DNA of 47,467 bases, counting the filler, from Jimgerdemannia flammicorona (lineage: Eukaryota), in the NCBI GenBank assembly GCA_003990765.1. It is 2 parts of 2 records of this genome, joined end to end, with 100 filler letters (N's around TTAATTAATTAA, not from the genome) between each part and the next. Parts side by side here need not be neighbours in the genome. Positions count along the whole stretch, not along the records: positions 1 to 23,685 come from RBNJ01001080.1; 1 more part is not named here. One strand, 5' to 3'. Both the position numbers and the translations under genes were made by a program. Positions 1 through 12,415 of the stretch are shown here, piece after piece. How positions within the stretch are numbered: the first letter of the stretch is position 1; each line of letters starts with the position of its first letter. The notes under the pieces are model-generated. The model saw only the letters and a list, made by a program, of their open reading frames with translations, was not told the origin of the DNA and did no database searches.

Positions 1-767
1 CTAAGAAACCTCACTGCCTCCAAGAGACCGGATAAATTCTGAGAACAAGATAACCTAGAGCAACGGATTGCTCGGAAGTTTGAGTTAAAGAATTTTCTCT
101 TGCCATGGAAAAACGTTCAAGACCCGCTGCTAAGGAAAGCCGCACTAGACCGCCATTTCGACCGCCATTCAAGAACCGCCGCCAAGGATTCAAGAATCGC
201 TGCCATTCGAGACTCAAGTTACCCAGCCAAGGATTCAAGACCACGGACCCCCTTATTTCAAGTTTTGCCGCCACGAAAAGGATTCAAGACCAGACCGCCA
301 TTCGGACCGCCATTCGAGATTCGAGACCCGGAAAACCAAGGAACCCAAGGATACCCAGCCAAAGGATACTAGACCGCCAAAGACCGTCCCGCTGCCAAAG
401 AACCGAACAACCGCCAGGAACCTAACAAGTTAAGACGGACGAGCGAGCCGTCAACCTCTGTTTCCGACCTACTGCGCCACGAACCGCATAAAGAGCGTCG
501 CCGCGTAAATCCGAGTTTGCCGCCAAGTTAATCGCTGCCAGGCAACTTAGCCAGCATAATCGCCGCCTTATCCACTAAACAATTGAGCCGCCATCGTCGA
601 ACGACCTGCTATCAAATACCGCACGAAACGAACGAGCCGATCACGTGACCAACGACCCGTAACCGTCGCGAACGTCACCAACGCACTCAGTTATACATCG
701 CGCGCTTCACCAAGTAGCATACATTAAGCCGTGAAGTCGAAGTTCATCATACATAACCAATGCCACA
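1..767. repeat. CpG-rich unclassified repeat built of short imperfect motifs; possibly the 3' part of a young LTR
   Basis: Recurrent GACCGCCATT(C) and (CC)AAGGATTCAAGA motifs at ~147-390. CpG is abundant, unlike the rest of the window. Ends ...TGCCACA at ~767 with an abrupt switch to AT-rich DNA. No convincing ORF. Confidence 0.4.
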
Positions 768-899
768 CTAGGTATTAGGAGGAGATTTCTAAGTAAGTAG
801 AAGGTGGCAGAACATAGTAGCATATTTAAGAAATAATAAGAAAAGACTAACTAAAAGATATAAGACTAAATATGACTGTGAAATTATTACAGACACTAT

Positions 900-3503
900 G
901 ATTGATATTAGTAGTACTTATCAGTTAGCTTCTATTAGTATCTTAGACAGGTATTATATTATTAAATGCATGTTAAAATTTATTTTCTCATTTGTGGCCA
1001 CTAGTATCTCTTTTTGATTTTTATGATAGAGACTCTAATTTCTTATATGTATTCTGATTATAGTTAATTGTGAGTATTTTCTGGATTTTATCTTCTAGTA
1101 GAACTAGAGTGTATCAATCTCCTTTTTCTCTTTAGAGTTTACCATTATCTTTTTGAAATTTCTTTAAATTTCTTTAAATAAACAGCTTATAAGCTGGCTG
1201 AATTTTCTTTTTGAAGCTTCTATAGTATAAGATCCAGGTAAGGGTAAGGTATAGTTCTTAATTTATTCAAGTAAGTGGGAAACAGTCTTCTCTCATGAGA
1301 CTCTTTTCCTTCTTATTGAGTTCATGGGATTCTTAACAGAGTATCAATATTGAAATTCTTAATATCTTTTTTATAGACAATAGTGAACTGGTATTCTTGC
1401 AGAGATATGATCCATCTGATAAAGATTCCTGTAGGCTCTAGTTTATTGAACAACTATTGTAAAGCTAAGTGATCATTGATATGAGAAAATCTCTTTCCCA
1501 AGAAATAGTGTCTGAAGTGATCTATAGCTTATACTACTATAAGATATTTCAGCTTAGTGGCTTCATAGTTTGTTTATATCTCATTAGTAGCCTTACTAAC
1601 ATACTTAATGATATATTCTTTCTTCTGACCATCTAGCTGAGATAGAATTGATATAAGTTCAAGGGCAGAAGTATTAGTTGCTAAGATAAATAGTTTGTCA
1701 AAATCTGGTCATACTAAAATAGGAGCTTTAGTGGATCTTCTTGAGTAGGTCAAATGACTTATGCTATTCTTTCATCTAGTAGAATAGTTGGTCTCTCTTT
1801 GAGATATCATATAGTAGAGCTACCTTATTAGAAAATCTTGGGATGAATTACTGATAGTAAGATACTAAAATGAGAAAAGAAAGAACTTTCTTTGTAGAGA
1901 TAGGAGTTGAATAATTCTTGACTTTCTCTATCTTGTATGGATCAGCATAGATTTCTTAAACTAAAACTACATATCTCAAATATTTAACTTAGTGTTTTCC
2001 AAAGAAGTACTTCTTAGTATTGAGTCTGAGTCCTGAGTCTCAGATAGTATCAAATACTTCATAAAGGTCTTACAGATATTATTCAAATATATTGGAGTAG
2101 ATAATTATATCATTTATATATACTAGTATATTTCTTCCAATAAGATCCTAGTAGATATGGTTCATCATCTGCTAGAATGTGGCTAGTGTATTACAGAGTT
2201 CAAATGATATTCAAAGGTATTTATACTGTTCTCATTTAGTGATGAAGGTTATTTTGCCAATATTATTCTTAGTAATAGATATTACTTAGAATTCTTGAAA
2301 CTAATCAGTAGTGGTTATATACTTGGCTTTTTCAAGAGCATTAAGAAGGTCATCAATTCTTAGTAGTGGATAGATATCTTCTGTAGTAATCTTGTTAAGT
2401 TTTCTGAAGTTTACAACTAGTCTCAATCCTTCTTTCTTTGATACTATAATTACTGATAAAGTCCAGGAGCTTAATGAGGGTCTGATAACTCTATTTTGTA
2501 GTATATTATCTATATATTATTGTTCAAACTCAATCAGATAGTATAGTATTTAATAGGGGTATTTTTAGATTAATCTGGTATCTTCTATATATATTGCATA
2601 TTCTCTATATTGATATAGTAGAAAGTTATTATATATAGTGATAAATATATATTTGTATTCTTTTATCAACTTCTGTATTTGTTTGTGCTGATCCTTGGTT
2701 AGAGTTGTCTTGATGTTAACAGTTTTGATCACTGAGTCTTTCTCTTTAGTATAATCAGTCTCACTAGAGAGAGCTTACTGTTTCTCAAAAATTCTAAACC
2801 TTCTTCCTTATAGGTATCTATCAGTGGTTCAAATATCTCAATATTATTCTTTTAGAGATTGTTACTACTTTAAAAAGTAGGTTTTAAATAGAAATATAGA
2901 TTAGTGATAACTTTTCATAAATTTATTCTATAGCTAGAAGGAGGTGATACTTTTTTTAGAGTTCTATTGATGGTTCAAATATCAGATTATTGGCATCCAC
3001 AGTTAGATATATATCAAGGCTTATTTGTTAATATAATTGAAAAAGAATATCTTCTCTTGCTTAGATAAGACAATAGATATTTGACTTCATTTGGCAGAAC
3101 TGAGCTATTGTTGCCAAGTAGACTTTAATGGGTGATAGTTAAGAAGTTCTATTGGTACTTCAAAATCCTCCTTATTCTCTCTTAGTACTGTCCAGTTGAT
3201 TCATCTCTTGAATAGTAGACTATAATGTCTTGATAAACAGAATTTGACAGATGACTTCAAAGAGATTGAAGGTTTAGTGATTTCTACTATTGTTATGAAT
3301 AATAATCTTCAGAGAACCTCAATAATTCTGATCAATGATTCCTTCTTCTACTGTAATTCCTTTGGCTACCAGAGATGATCTTAATGCTAGTTATTTATAG
3401 TATCCAGATGGTATAGTAAGTGCAATTTGAATGTCAAAGGTTCTAGTAGTTCTAGAAAAGAACATTGACTGATAGGAGAAACAAAGGTCATATCCTACTG
3501 ATC
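900..3503 (-). pseudogene. pol: Heavily decayed Ty3/Gypsy pol remnant (dUTPase-spacer-RT-RNase H-integrase N-terminus)
   Basis: Manual minus-strand translation gives DIYPLLRIDDLL (~2350-2385), a decayed YIDD (VYINDIII, ~2100-2125), an RNase H ending NIDTLLRIP (~1325-1350) and an integrase H2C2-like KIKKRY*WPQMR (~990-1025). Many stops. Confidence 0.85.
3150..3503 (-). pseudogene. dut: dUTPase domain of the decayed Gypsy remnant
   Basis: Motifs SVGYDL, IALTIPSGY, RSSLVAKGITVEEGIIDQ and GGF*ST read on the minus strand. Confidence 0.8.
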
Positions 3504-3670
3504 TATAAGTATACAACCTCCAAGATACTGAAATTACATATTACCCTTAGAACAAATTCAGAAATTATATATAAGATTATAAAGCTAAGTAAGACTAAAG
3601 TTATAGATCATGAAGCTGAGTTAACTTAAAGTTATAGAATATAAGATATATGAAAATCAGACATATAGTA
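3504..3670 (+). repeat. Decayed 5' fragment of a G-family-like LTR abutting and truncating the dUTPase
   Basis: TATAAGTATACAACCTCCAAGATACTGAAATTACATATTACCCT matches the LTR start at 41332 (TGTAAGCGCACAACCTCCAAGCCACCGAAATTACACATCACCCT), mostly through transitions. Also contains AAGCTGAGTTAA. Confidence 0.7.
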
Positions 3671-3674
3671 CTCC

Positions 3675-4581
3675 TTATATAGATTTGGCAGATAACTTAA
3701 TTTGACAGATAACTTGATTTGACAGATAACTTGATTTTGAAACAAATTCTTCTAAATTAGCAGGCTTCTTGAATAATAACTCAGATGGTATAGATAATTC
3801 AAATAACTTGAATAACTTAGATGACATAGATTCTTCCTAAATTGGCTCTTCTGGAGATAGCAGATAATTTAATAACTTAGATAACTTAGATAATATAGAT
3901 TCTTGATAAGTTTCATTAAAGATTGGCTTTATTTGTATAGAGTTATATCAATAGACTGGCTCTATTGCAAAGTTGTATCAGGATAGACTGGCTTATGGTA
4001 AGTTTCCTTAAAATAGGCTCTCTAGAAATAGTGAACTTCTTGAAAATAACAGCTCTTCCTTGAGTAGCAGATTTACTCAAATTCTCTAGGCTTATCTGGC
4101 AAGTAAACCAAAGCTTTATATCAGAAAGAGAACTAGAGTAGAAATGATAAAGTTTACAATCTCCTAGCAGTAGCTATAGAGTTTCTCTCAAAGTAAGGTA
4201 GACAGACTTGTCTTTTACTTTAAATTTAATTTCAGACTCTTCTTTGTATCAGAAAGTAGACCAGAGTAGAAATGGCAAAGCTTATAATCTCTTAGTAGTA
4301 GCTTTAGAATGGGTATTTCTCCAAAGTATTGCAATCTAATTTCTTTTGGATTAAGTAGCTTTTGGCAGACATATCTCTTGAAGTATAGTAGATAGACTTG
4401 TCTTTTGCTTTGAATTTCAGACTGAGGTTTATTCACTCTTATCTCTGGGATATTTTATACAGTTATGGTTATTACTGATTACTATATTACTAATTATAGA
4501 TTGCTATCTATAATAAGTATTTCTGAATAGTACAGTATACTGGACTAGTATGATATACTAGCTCAGTACATTATACTGGAC
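3675..4581. repeat. Decayed AT-rich repeat with internal tandem motifs; target of the Copia insertion (continues 9552-9658)
   Basis: TTTG(A/G)CAGATAACTT three times at ~3684-3735. Duplicated GACTTGTCTTTT block (~4205, ~4395). TGGACTAGTAT appears at ~4541 and is rebuilt across the Copia junction. Confidence 0.45.
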
Positions 4582-4705
4582 TGTTAGGAAAGAGGGCATT
4601 TTATTGAACTTACATAGGATGCATAATTCACGCATTACAGATCGATGATGTCAGACTGATGAAATCATCAACCACGTGCTGATATATCGAGTTGCCATCC
4701 CAACA
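4582..4705 (-). repeat. Copia 3' LTR (124 bp)
   Basis: TGTTAGG...CCCAACA, direct repeat of 9428-9551. Adjacent PPT TTGAGTGGGAG on the minus strand (4706-4716). Confidence 0.97.
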
Positions 4706-4958
4706 CTCCCACTCAACGAGATATGCATATATGTAAGAGAGAAAAAAAAGGGGATACGGAATGTTCCCAAAAAAAAAAAAAAAAACTGCATGTAACCCAA
4801 AATACTGAATTTTCGTGGGTTGAAGAGTGCTTCGAAATATCCGAAATATTTGCAGAAATACAAGTAATGTTATCTACTCGCAGATGAGGGATGTAACCAA
4901 CATATGTAGATGTGGAATGCAGTGTGAGGCTTTTAATAGCCTGAAAAGTGTCCTATGA

Positions 4959-7900
4959 TCAACCAGATGTTAGCATAAGGCTCATAAGACTCATTCCTTT
5001 AGTACATAGCTCAAACTTCGGCCTTGGAAGGGCTTTGGTCAATGAGTCTGCAATCATATACTCCATGGGAATGTATTCCAGGTGTATAGTGCCATTGTCT
5101 ATACATTCACAAACGAAATGGTGCTGTATATCGATATGTTTCATTCTATTGTAGTGTATTGGGTTCTTAGCAAGTGCAATCGTAGACTGGTTGTCCTGGC
5201 ATAGTGTAGTGCATTCCTGAGGGAATCCGAGTTCTTTTAAAAGCTCGCGGAGCCAAATGGCTTCCTTTGTTGCCAATGACAGTGCCTGGTACTCCGCCTG
5301 TGTTGACGATATTGCCACGGAACTCTGCTTGTGTGTTTGCCATGAAATGACAGATCCTTTGCCATCGATGTGAAAGAGATATCCGGCCATAGATCAGCAG
5401 TCATCTAAATCACCTACCCAATCGGCATCACATGTGCCAGATAGCCAGATGTTATTACTCTTGCCATTGCTCCCACTTAATCCACTACCGAGGGTGAGCA
5501 TATAGTGCGCCGTACTCTTAAGATATCTGAAAATTCTCTTAACGGTGCTCCAATGCGAGTTATCATAGCAGGATGAGTACTGCACCACCTTGTTGACGGC
5601 ATAGGATATCAGGTCTCATTCCAAGCATGAGGTACATAAGAGAACTGACTGCTTGTCGATAGGGGATGTTGTCAGTGGGTGTAGTGTTGTTGTTGGGCTT
5701 CCTTAATTTTACAGAAGTCTCCATAGGAGTGCCGACAGGCTTACATTCACTCATATTGAAGTGTTCGAGGACAGTTTGAGCATATGTTGCTTGCGAGAGG
5801 TGTATGGTGCGCGTGTTCCTGTTACGCATGATGGATATTCCCAAAAGGAAGGATGCGTCACCCATGTCGGTCATCTTGAATTCACAGCGTAGAGTTTCTT
5901 TTACTCCATTAAGCCTATTCTTGCTAGTTACGATGATAATATCATCAACCCATATGCCAATAAACACTACGCTGTCATCATAGTATTGGACATATATGCA
6001 ATTGTCTGCCTCGCAATACTTGAATCCATTGTCAAGGAGATGTTTATCAATTCTTTTATTCCATAGGTGCACCGCTTGTTTAATGCCATATAATCTTTTA
6101 CGTAATTGGCATATGAGCTTGCTATTCTGGTTGTCATATAGTTCATATCCTTGTGGTTGGCGAACATATAGTTCAGTGTCCACATCACTGTTCAGGAAGG
6201 CTGTCTTAATATCTATCTGGTGGATTTCTAGGTCGTATAGCACGCCAATTGCAAGGAGTATTCTAAGTGAAGTAAGCATGAATATGGGCGAAAAGGTTTC
6301 GTCATAGTCTACACCGTAGTCCTGCAAATAACCCTTAGTGACGAAGTGAGCTTTATACTGCTCTACATTTCCTTCGGCATTATACTTTAGCTTATACACC
6401 CATCTTGATCTGATTGCTTGATGGTTTGGCAGAAGAGGTACTAGATCCCATGTTTCATTCTGGATGAGCGAATTGTATTTCTCCTCCATGGCTTGTTTCC
6501 ATTGCTTATTGTTAGTGCATTGCACAGCCTCATCGTATATGTTTGGCTTGCCAGAAGATGTCGTGATATATGTATATTCGTATGCTTCCGCGTAGCTCAC
6601 GTGGTCCTTACGTTATCTCCGGCTTTCTGGTATGTCCCAATAACTCTCTAATTCTGAGTGGGTTTCATGCTGAACATTAGAGTGCTTTTTACCCTTCGAA
6701 AAAGATCCCTTGTCATTGGAGAATTCGCCATCATCTTTGTCTTTGATCTCCGTTACTCTTGGCTCAGGCTCAGGTACATATAGCAGTTGAAAATCATTTT
6801 GATTGACTGCTGGAGAGGTAGATGATGGTTGCTGCATTTGCGCCGGCTGGGATGCAGAGATTGATGTAGAGATTTCGACCGGTACTTCTACATGGGTCTC
6901 CAACTCTTTTTCTTTGAACTGTATATCACACAAGATGACTATATGCCGCTTGCTTGGATCTCATAGCCTATACGCTTTGCCGAAATACCCAAGAAACACA
7001 TGCTTCCTCGCCTTGGGTTCGAACTTATCCCAGACAGCATTGCTTTTGTCAAGGACATATGCCTCGGATCCAAATATATATAGATGGGATACATCGGGTT
7101 TGGATCTACTCCATAACTCTTTAGGGGTAAGATCATCATTCCTGGAATGCTTATTGTTGCTGGCTTCTTTGCTTAGCAATCGAGTTACACACTGATTGCA
7201 TATATACACCACGGTGTTTATGGCTTCAGTCCAATAGGAATACAATAGTCCAGTAGCGTTGATCATCGTAAATGCCATTTCTATGGCTATATGGTTAAAT
7301 CGCTTGGCCACGCCATTCTGCTGAGGCGTATATGGAGCCATCATTTGATGGATGATACCATGTTTCATCAAGAATTGCCTGAATACATTGTTGACATATT
7401 CATGTCTATTATCTGATTGTATAGTGCATATTTTATGTCCAGTCTCGTTCTCGGCACTTGTTTTGAATTCCTTGAATTTATCCAAGGCTTTGCTCTTCGC
7501 CAATAGGAGATATATATATACTTTACACGTATAATCATCAATAAATGTGAGAAAATACCTCTTGCTGGAGTGCGATGGTATACACATTGGGCCACATATA
7601 TCTGTATACATGAGGTCGAGGATCCTGGATATACGTCTTAGTCGTTCTTTGAATGGTAGCTGGGAGGCTTTGTTTGCCACGCAATCCTCACAGAAACTGT
7701 TGGTTTGGGGGTGTATATTTGTCAGCAATCCACTCACAGAGCCGTTTTGGATCATCCTTTCAAGGCTAGTTTTACCGATATGTCCCAAGCATTGATGCCA
7801 CATGTTGCATGTGTCAAACTTAGTTATTGTTGTTATGTATGCGGAGGCTTTCGCGCCATTCGGCATGCCATTAATCATATAGAGATTGCCTCGTTTCGAG

Positions 7901-9357
7901 GCTGTCATCAGTTCGTTGTCATTCAGATTGTATACTGTTGCACCCTTTGGATGTATATGTATTTCTTTGTTGCTGCAGGACATCATCTTTCCCATCAAAA
8001 AGAGCTTCATTCCTATGTCCGAGGCATATAGTATGTCTGCAAAAATACTGGCGGGTTCTACGACATTGCCGTGGAGACACATATTGATATTTCCCTTTCC
8101 TTGAGTGTAGATAACATTGTTGTCTCCTAACTTGATAGATACAGGGTGCTCAAAAGGCTATTACATAGAGAACTATTCCCTGTATGGTGTCATATGTTGC
8201 GTGGCTCCAGAATCCATCAGCCAGATATCGTTGTCGTTGGCTACATTGGCAGATTCATTGCTGATGTCATTGCCACTTTTCATCTGCTCAAAAGTGTTTC
8301 GCTGACCAGGGTCTATAGATGACGAGTTGGTGGATTTGGTAGTATAATTACTAGAATTGAAGTTGGCGGCTTGCGCGAAGAATAGGTTGCCCCTTTCGTC
8401 AGTTTCGGCGGTATTTGTATTCCCACGCTTCCCTCGATATCCACCATTGCTCCCACATTGCCAACGCTGGCTTCCATGCTGGCTTCCATGCTTATTTTCA
8501 TTTTTCCAGCGATAGCACTGGTGTTTCCTATGTCCATACTTGCCGCAATATTCACAGTAACCATCATACTTGGTTGATTGGTTGGACTGGCTATTATCGC
8601 ATTGTTGAGCTTGGGTCTGGGTTCGTTGACCTTGTTGATCATGTTTGGCATTGCCATGTCCGCGGAACCCATAGAATGCCCTTTCATCATTGTCATTAGT
8701 ACTGTTTCCTTGATGCATTTCCTCATTCATGAGGCTCATTATTACATGGGCGTAGTCTGTGAGAGTGCCGCTCTCATGCATAGCTGTGATGACAACATTA
8801 TATGCATCCGGGAGTCCTTTTGTGAGTGCTATGACCTTCTCTTCATTGCCAATGCAATCCGCAGATGCACTGAGGGAATTCACTTGATTCACCAGGTTGT
8901 CGACATGATTGGCATATTCTTAGATACTTTCCTTAGGCTTCATTCGAAGATTGAATAGTTGAGATTTCAGGTGGAATCGATTCGATGCGGATGCTTGCAC
9001 ATGATGATTACATAGGGCTTCCCATGCTTCGTTGGCCGTATTGGCATGCATTACGAGCTTCGTTTGCAAGTTCGACAACGTGAATGTGATTTCCCATAAT
9101 GCTTGGCGATCGTTTGTGGGGTTGTAGTCTTGAATCTGCACTTGTGGCTTCATATACTCCGCCAAGCCACATTCGTCAAGGAGATTTGTCATATGGAATG
9201 TCCAGATGGTGTAGTCTTTTCCATTGAAGATCAGGATGGACCTCTTGGCTGTATTTACGCTTAAGACAGGGACTGCTCCTGTCACCAGAACATTGGTGAT
9301 TGGTGTATTGCTGCTATTACTTGCATTGTTAGGTTGTTCTTCTGACATTTCTAGCAT
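4959..9357 (-). pseudogene. gag-pol: Copia gag-pol polyprotein, broken by stops and frameshifts
   Basis: Zinc knuckle CEYCGKYGHRKHQC; protease WLMDSGATQHMT; integrase WHQCLGH..CEDC, TDICGP, FIDDY, TPQQNGVA; RT WDLVP, IDIKTAFLN, LYGIKQA, WVDDII; RNase H DADWVGD, SSTQAEY, KHIDI, ADSLTK. Confidence 0.96.
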
Positions 9358-9410
9358 ATATAGTGTAGCATATATTTATGAGGTGTATATTCTATAGCCA
9401 CTTAATGCTA

Positions 9411-9426
9411 GCGGGGCTCATAATCT
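9411..9426 (-). promoter_or_regulatory. Copia primer-binding site
   Basis: Minus strand AGATTATGAGCCCCGC directly after the 5' LTR. Resembles the GGTTATG(A/G)GCCC PBS of Copia elements primed by a tRNA-iMet half-molecule. Confidence 0.7.
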
Positions 9427-9427
9427 T

Positions 9428-9551
9428 TGTTAGGAAAGAGGGCATTTTATTGAACTTGCGTAGGACACGTATTTCACGTGTTATAGATCGATGATGTCAG
9501 ACTGATGAAATCATCAACCATGTGCTGATATATCGAGTTGCCATTCCAATA
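9428..9551 (-). repeat. Copia 5' LTR (124 bp)
   Basis: Direct repeat of 4582-4705. By hand alignment there are 12 differences, 11 of them transitions. Confidence 0.97.
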
Positions 9552-9658
9552 TGGACTAGTATAGATAAATATACTGTTTCTAGTATATATCTCTGGCTAA
9601 TTATATAGATTGGTATAGTAAAGTAGTCTTAATTACTTAGTATATTAGATATAGTATA

Positions 9659-10480
9659 TGTAAGCTCATTGGTACTCCTATGAATACTTTCAGAAAGTTA
9701 AGAAAACTAGACTCTATATTGAAGAATGATGACAATATACCAGCTAAAAATAGTACCAAAGATATATCTTATTAGCAAGTGATTGGTTCTCATATATATC
9801 TTATACTAGAAATGAGATCTGACATATCATATATCATGAATAAAATATATAATACAGAATATATTTCTCCAACTATGATAATTTATATTGAAGTACTATT
9901 AAAATAGTATTTAGATATCTTAAGAGTATAGTATACTATATACTTATATTGAGTGATAGCAATATTAGATTAAGTGAGAGAAATAATAAGAGAAATAATA
10001 TTCAGCTATCTAGTATATATGATACCAATTGGGCAGATGATCTAGATAACTACTAATCTATGACTGGGTACCTCTTTTATATTAGCAAAAATGACAACTG
10101 AGTCATCTTATAGTAGATGTATAAGTAGAGTTCTATGATAACTTCATCAATATAGACAGAGTATCAGGTATTGTTATTGATAATAAAAGAAACTATATAG
10201 CTCTATAAACTATTAAAAGAGCTTAACTTTACTCAAAAAAACTCTATGCTGATCAAGTAAGATAATCAGTTAATGATACTATTTACCAAGAACTCAGTAT
10301 ATTATAGTAGAATGAAATATATTAATATATAATATCATTTTATATAGGAATATATAGAAAATATCACTATATACTTAAAATATATCTCTATAGAGTACAT
10401 AACTACTAATTCACTTAAAAGCCTTTCTAAGACTAAAGTTTGAGTAATGCATTAATGGAATAGGTCTTCTAATAAGTAGT
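9659..10480 (+). pseudogene. Older, strongly decayed Copia RT C-terminus/RNase H remnant
   Basis: CKLIGTPMNT, DISY*QVIGSHIYLILEMRSDISY, YDTNWADDLD, MKYINI*YHF. Collinear with the 4959-5770 Copia segment in the opposite orientation. Confidence 0.85.
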
Positions 10481-10739
10481 ATACTAGTATTTAGTTAATT
10501 ATGGAGTATTTTTTAGACTCTCAAAAGCCTCTCTTACTATATTACATATATATATATATATATAAGTATTTGGTATATAGTTTATATTGATAGTGGTCCT
10601 TATATTAACATTTTTTATCAGTGTAAATGTTTTTTCTAAATTCACTCCTATATTTGCCTCTATATATAAATAGATTATTACTTCTATAAAGAATAGATCT
10701 CTGCTGCCTCTGCTATTTTTATTATTATTATTAATATCT

Positions 10740-11600
10740 ATAATATTTACTTATCTATATTGTTCACCTTTTTCTTTCTTTTTATGATTACAGTCTTGCT
10801 TGTAGTATCCATACTTATTACAGTAGAAGTATTTACTATTGAATTTGGCTTATTGATCATCATGTTGACTGTTATACTGTTTTTGCTCTTATCTTTTATA
10901 TAGCTTGCCTTTGTCTTGTCCATAGGCTCTATAGAATACTTTCTTATTATCATTATCATTACCATTATCACTCAGTCTTGATTTCTAATTTAGGAGACTT
11001 GTGATAATATACTTGTAGTCCAATAGTTTGCTAAATTCTCTTATAATAGTAACAATTATATTGTATATCTCAGAAAGGCCACACATAAGAACCAAGACTT
11101 TGTCTTCATCCTTGATGAGGTTTACTGATATAGAAAGAGAATTTACTTAATTCACCATATTATTAACATAGTTGATATAGTTCCTTATACTCTCTTTAAA
11201 CTTTATTCAGAAGTTGAATAGTTGTACTTTTAGGTGAAATCTATTTGATATAGATACTTGCTGATAGTGATTATATAAGATCTCTTGGACTTTATTTGCC
11301 ATTATAGTATTAATTATAAGTTTTATTTGTATATTTGAAAGGATGAATATAATCTCTCTCAGTACTCTATGATTACTTATAGTATCTTTTTCTGTTATTT
11401 GCTTCTATGGCTTCCAGTAATTCTCTGGAATATATTCTTCCAAGAGATTCTTTATATGATATATCCATATAGTATAATCCTTACTATCAAAGACAAGAAT
11501 CATTTACTTTATAATTGTTATCATTAATATTACTACAGGAATGATCATAATTATAACTGTTATATTAGGCATACTTATGCTGCTAGTACTTATTATAGAT
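10740..11600 (-). pseudogene. gag: Strongly decayed Copia gag remnant
   Basis: Minus strand ILVFDSKDYTIWIYHIKNLLEE (~11435-11500) parallels ILIFNGKDYTIWTFHMTNLLDE in the 9357 gag. Collinear as far as the zinc-knuckle region. Confidence 0.8.
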
Positions 11601-11995
11601 CTCATTCTACTTATACTATTTAGTTGACTTATATTTAATATATCTGATAAGTGTGATATCTTTCTTCATATAGTATAGTATATATGTTAGAGAGGTATCC
11701 TATCTGCTTTTGCTAATGAGGTTTATAATCTTTTATTATAGAATACTTGAGAGAGTAGAGAGAAGAAGAGCTGCAGTTATTTATTGATAGCTTATAAACT
11801 TTTATACATATTGATAATATTTAAAATAATGATATAGTCAGAATGTATTACTATATATTAAGTTTCTATAACTAAGATATTTTAATAATTTTAATATATA
11901 TAGTATAGTTTTAGCTAGGACTCTTTCTAGTATCTTTTAATTAGTTTATTTTAGCTTATCTTTGCTATAATATAGATAGTTAGTTACTTTAGAAA

Positions 11996-12017
<22 letters not shown>

Positions 12018-12027
<10 letters not shown>

Positions 12028-12390
12028 TAGTTAATTAAACTTTAATATTTATTACTAAATAAGGCTAACCTAAATATAATATGATAATATTACTTCTAAC
12101 CAATCTCTCTGAGATGATAATTTCTTATTTCTTCTTCTTAAATACATATAACTAGTATCTAGTTAGCCCCACTCATAATGCCAAAACTCATCTAATACTA
12201 AGCTACTTATTACTAATAAAATCCACTAATCTCTCCCTCAAATCATCTCATCAATCACTCATATCATCCTCCCTCCTTACTACCTCTAGATATTTTTTAA
12301 CTACTAACTAAGTACCTTATACACATTAAGCCAATGTTCAGATATCTGTATAAAGTTCCTCTTATACTCTATTATAACACTATTCACTAC
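12018..12390 (-). mobile_element. Decayed 3' end of a LINE (poly(A) tail), next to a (TA)n run
   Basis: T9-ATAGTTAATTAAACT...TTTATTACT resembles Tn-ATAGTCACTTGGACTGCCCTTTATTACT at 47318-47376. The plus strand is C-rich, as expected for the G-rich LINE read in reverse. Confidence 0.45.
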
Positions 12391-12415
12391 TTTTTAGTGT
12401 CTGACGACTAACAAC

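Larger units (their letters stand above)
4582..9551 (-). mobile_element. Structurally complete Ty1/Copia LTR retrotransposon (non-functional)
   Basis: Two 124-bp LTRs. 5-bp TSD TGGAC at 4577-4581 and 9552-9556. PBS and PPT present. Domain order gag-PR-IN-RT-RH. Confidence 0.97.

Noticed and set aside
11..425. Three overlapping short ORFs at the window start
   Set aside because: They are low-complexity translations of GC-rich motifs with no recognisable domain.
10546..12017. (TA)n runs at ~10546-10563 and ~11996-12017, and a possible decayed Copia PBS/LTR near 11790
   Set aside because: The runs are simple microsatellites in mutated DNA, and LTR boundaries could not be supported.
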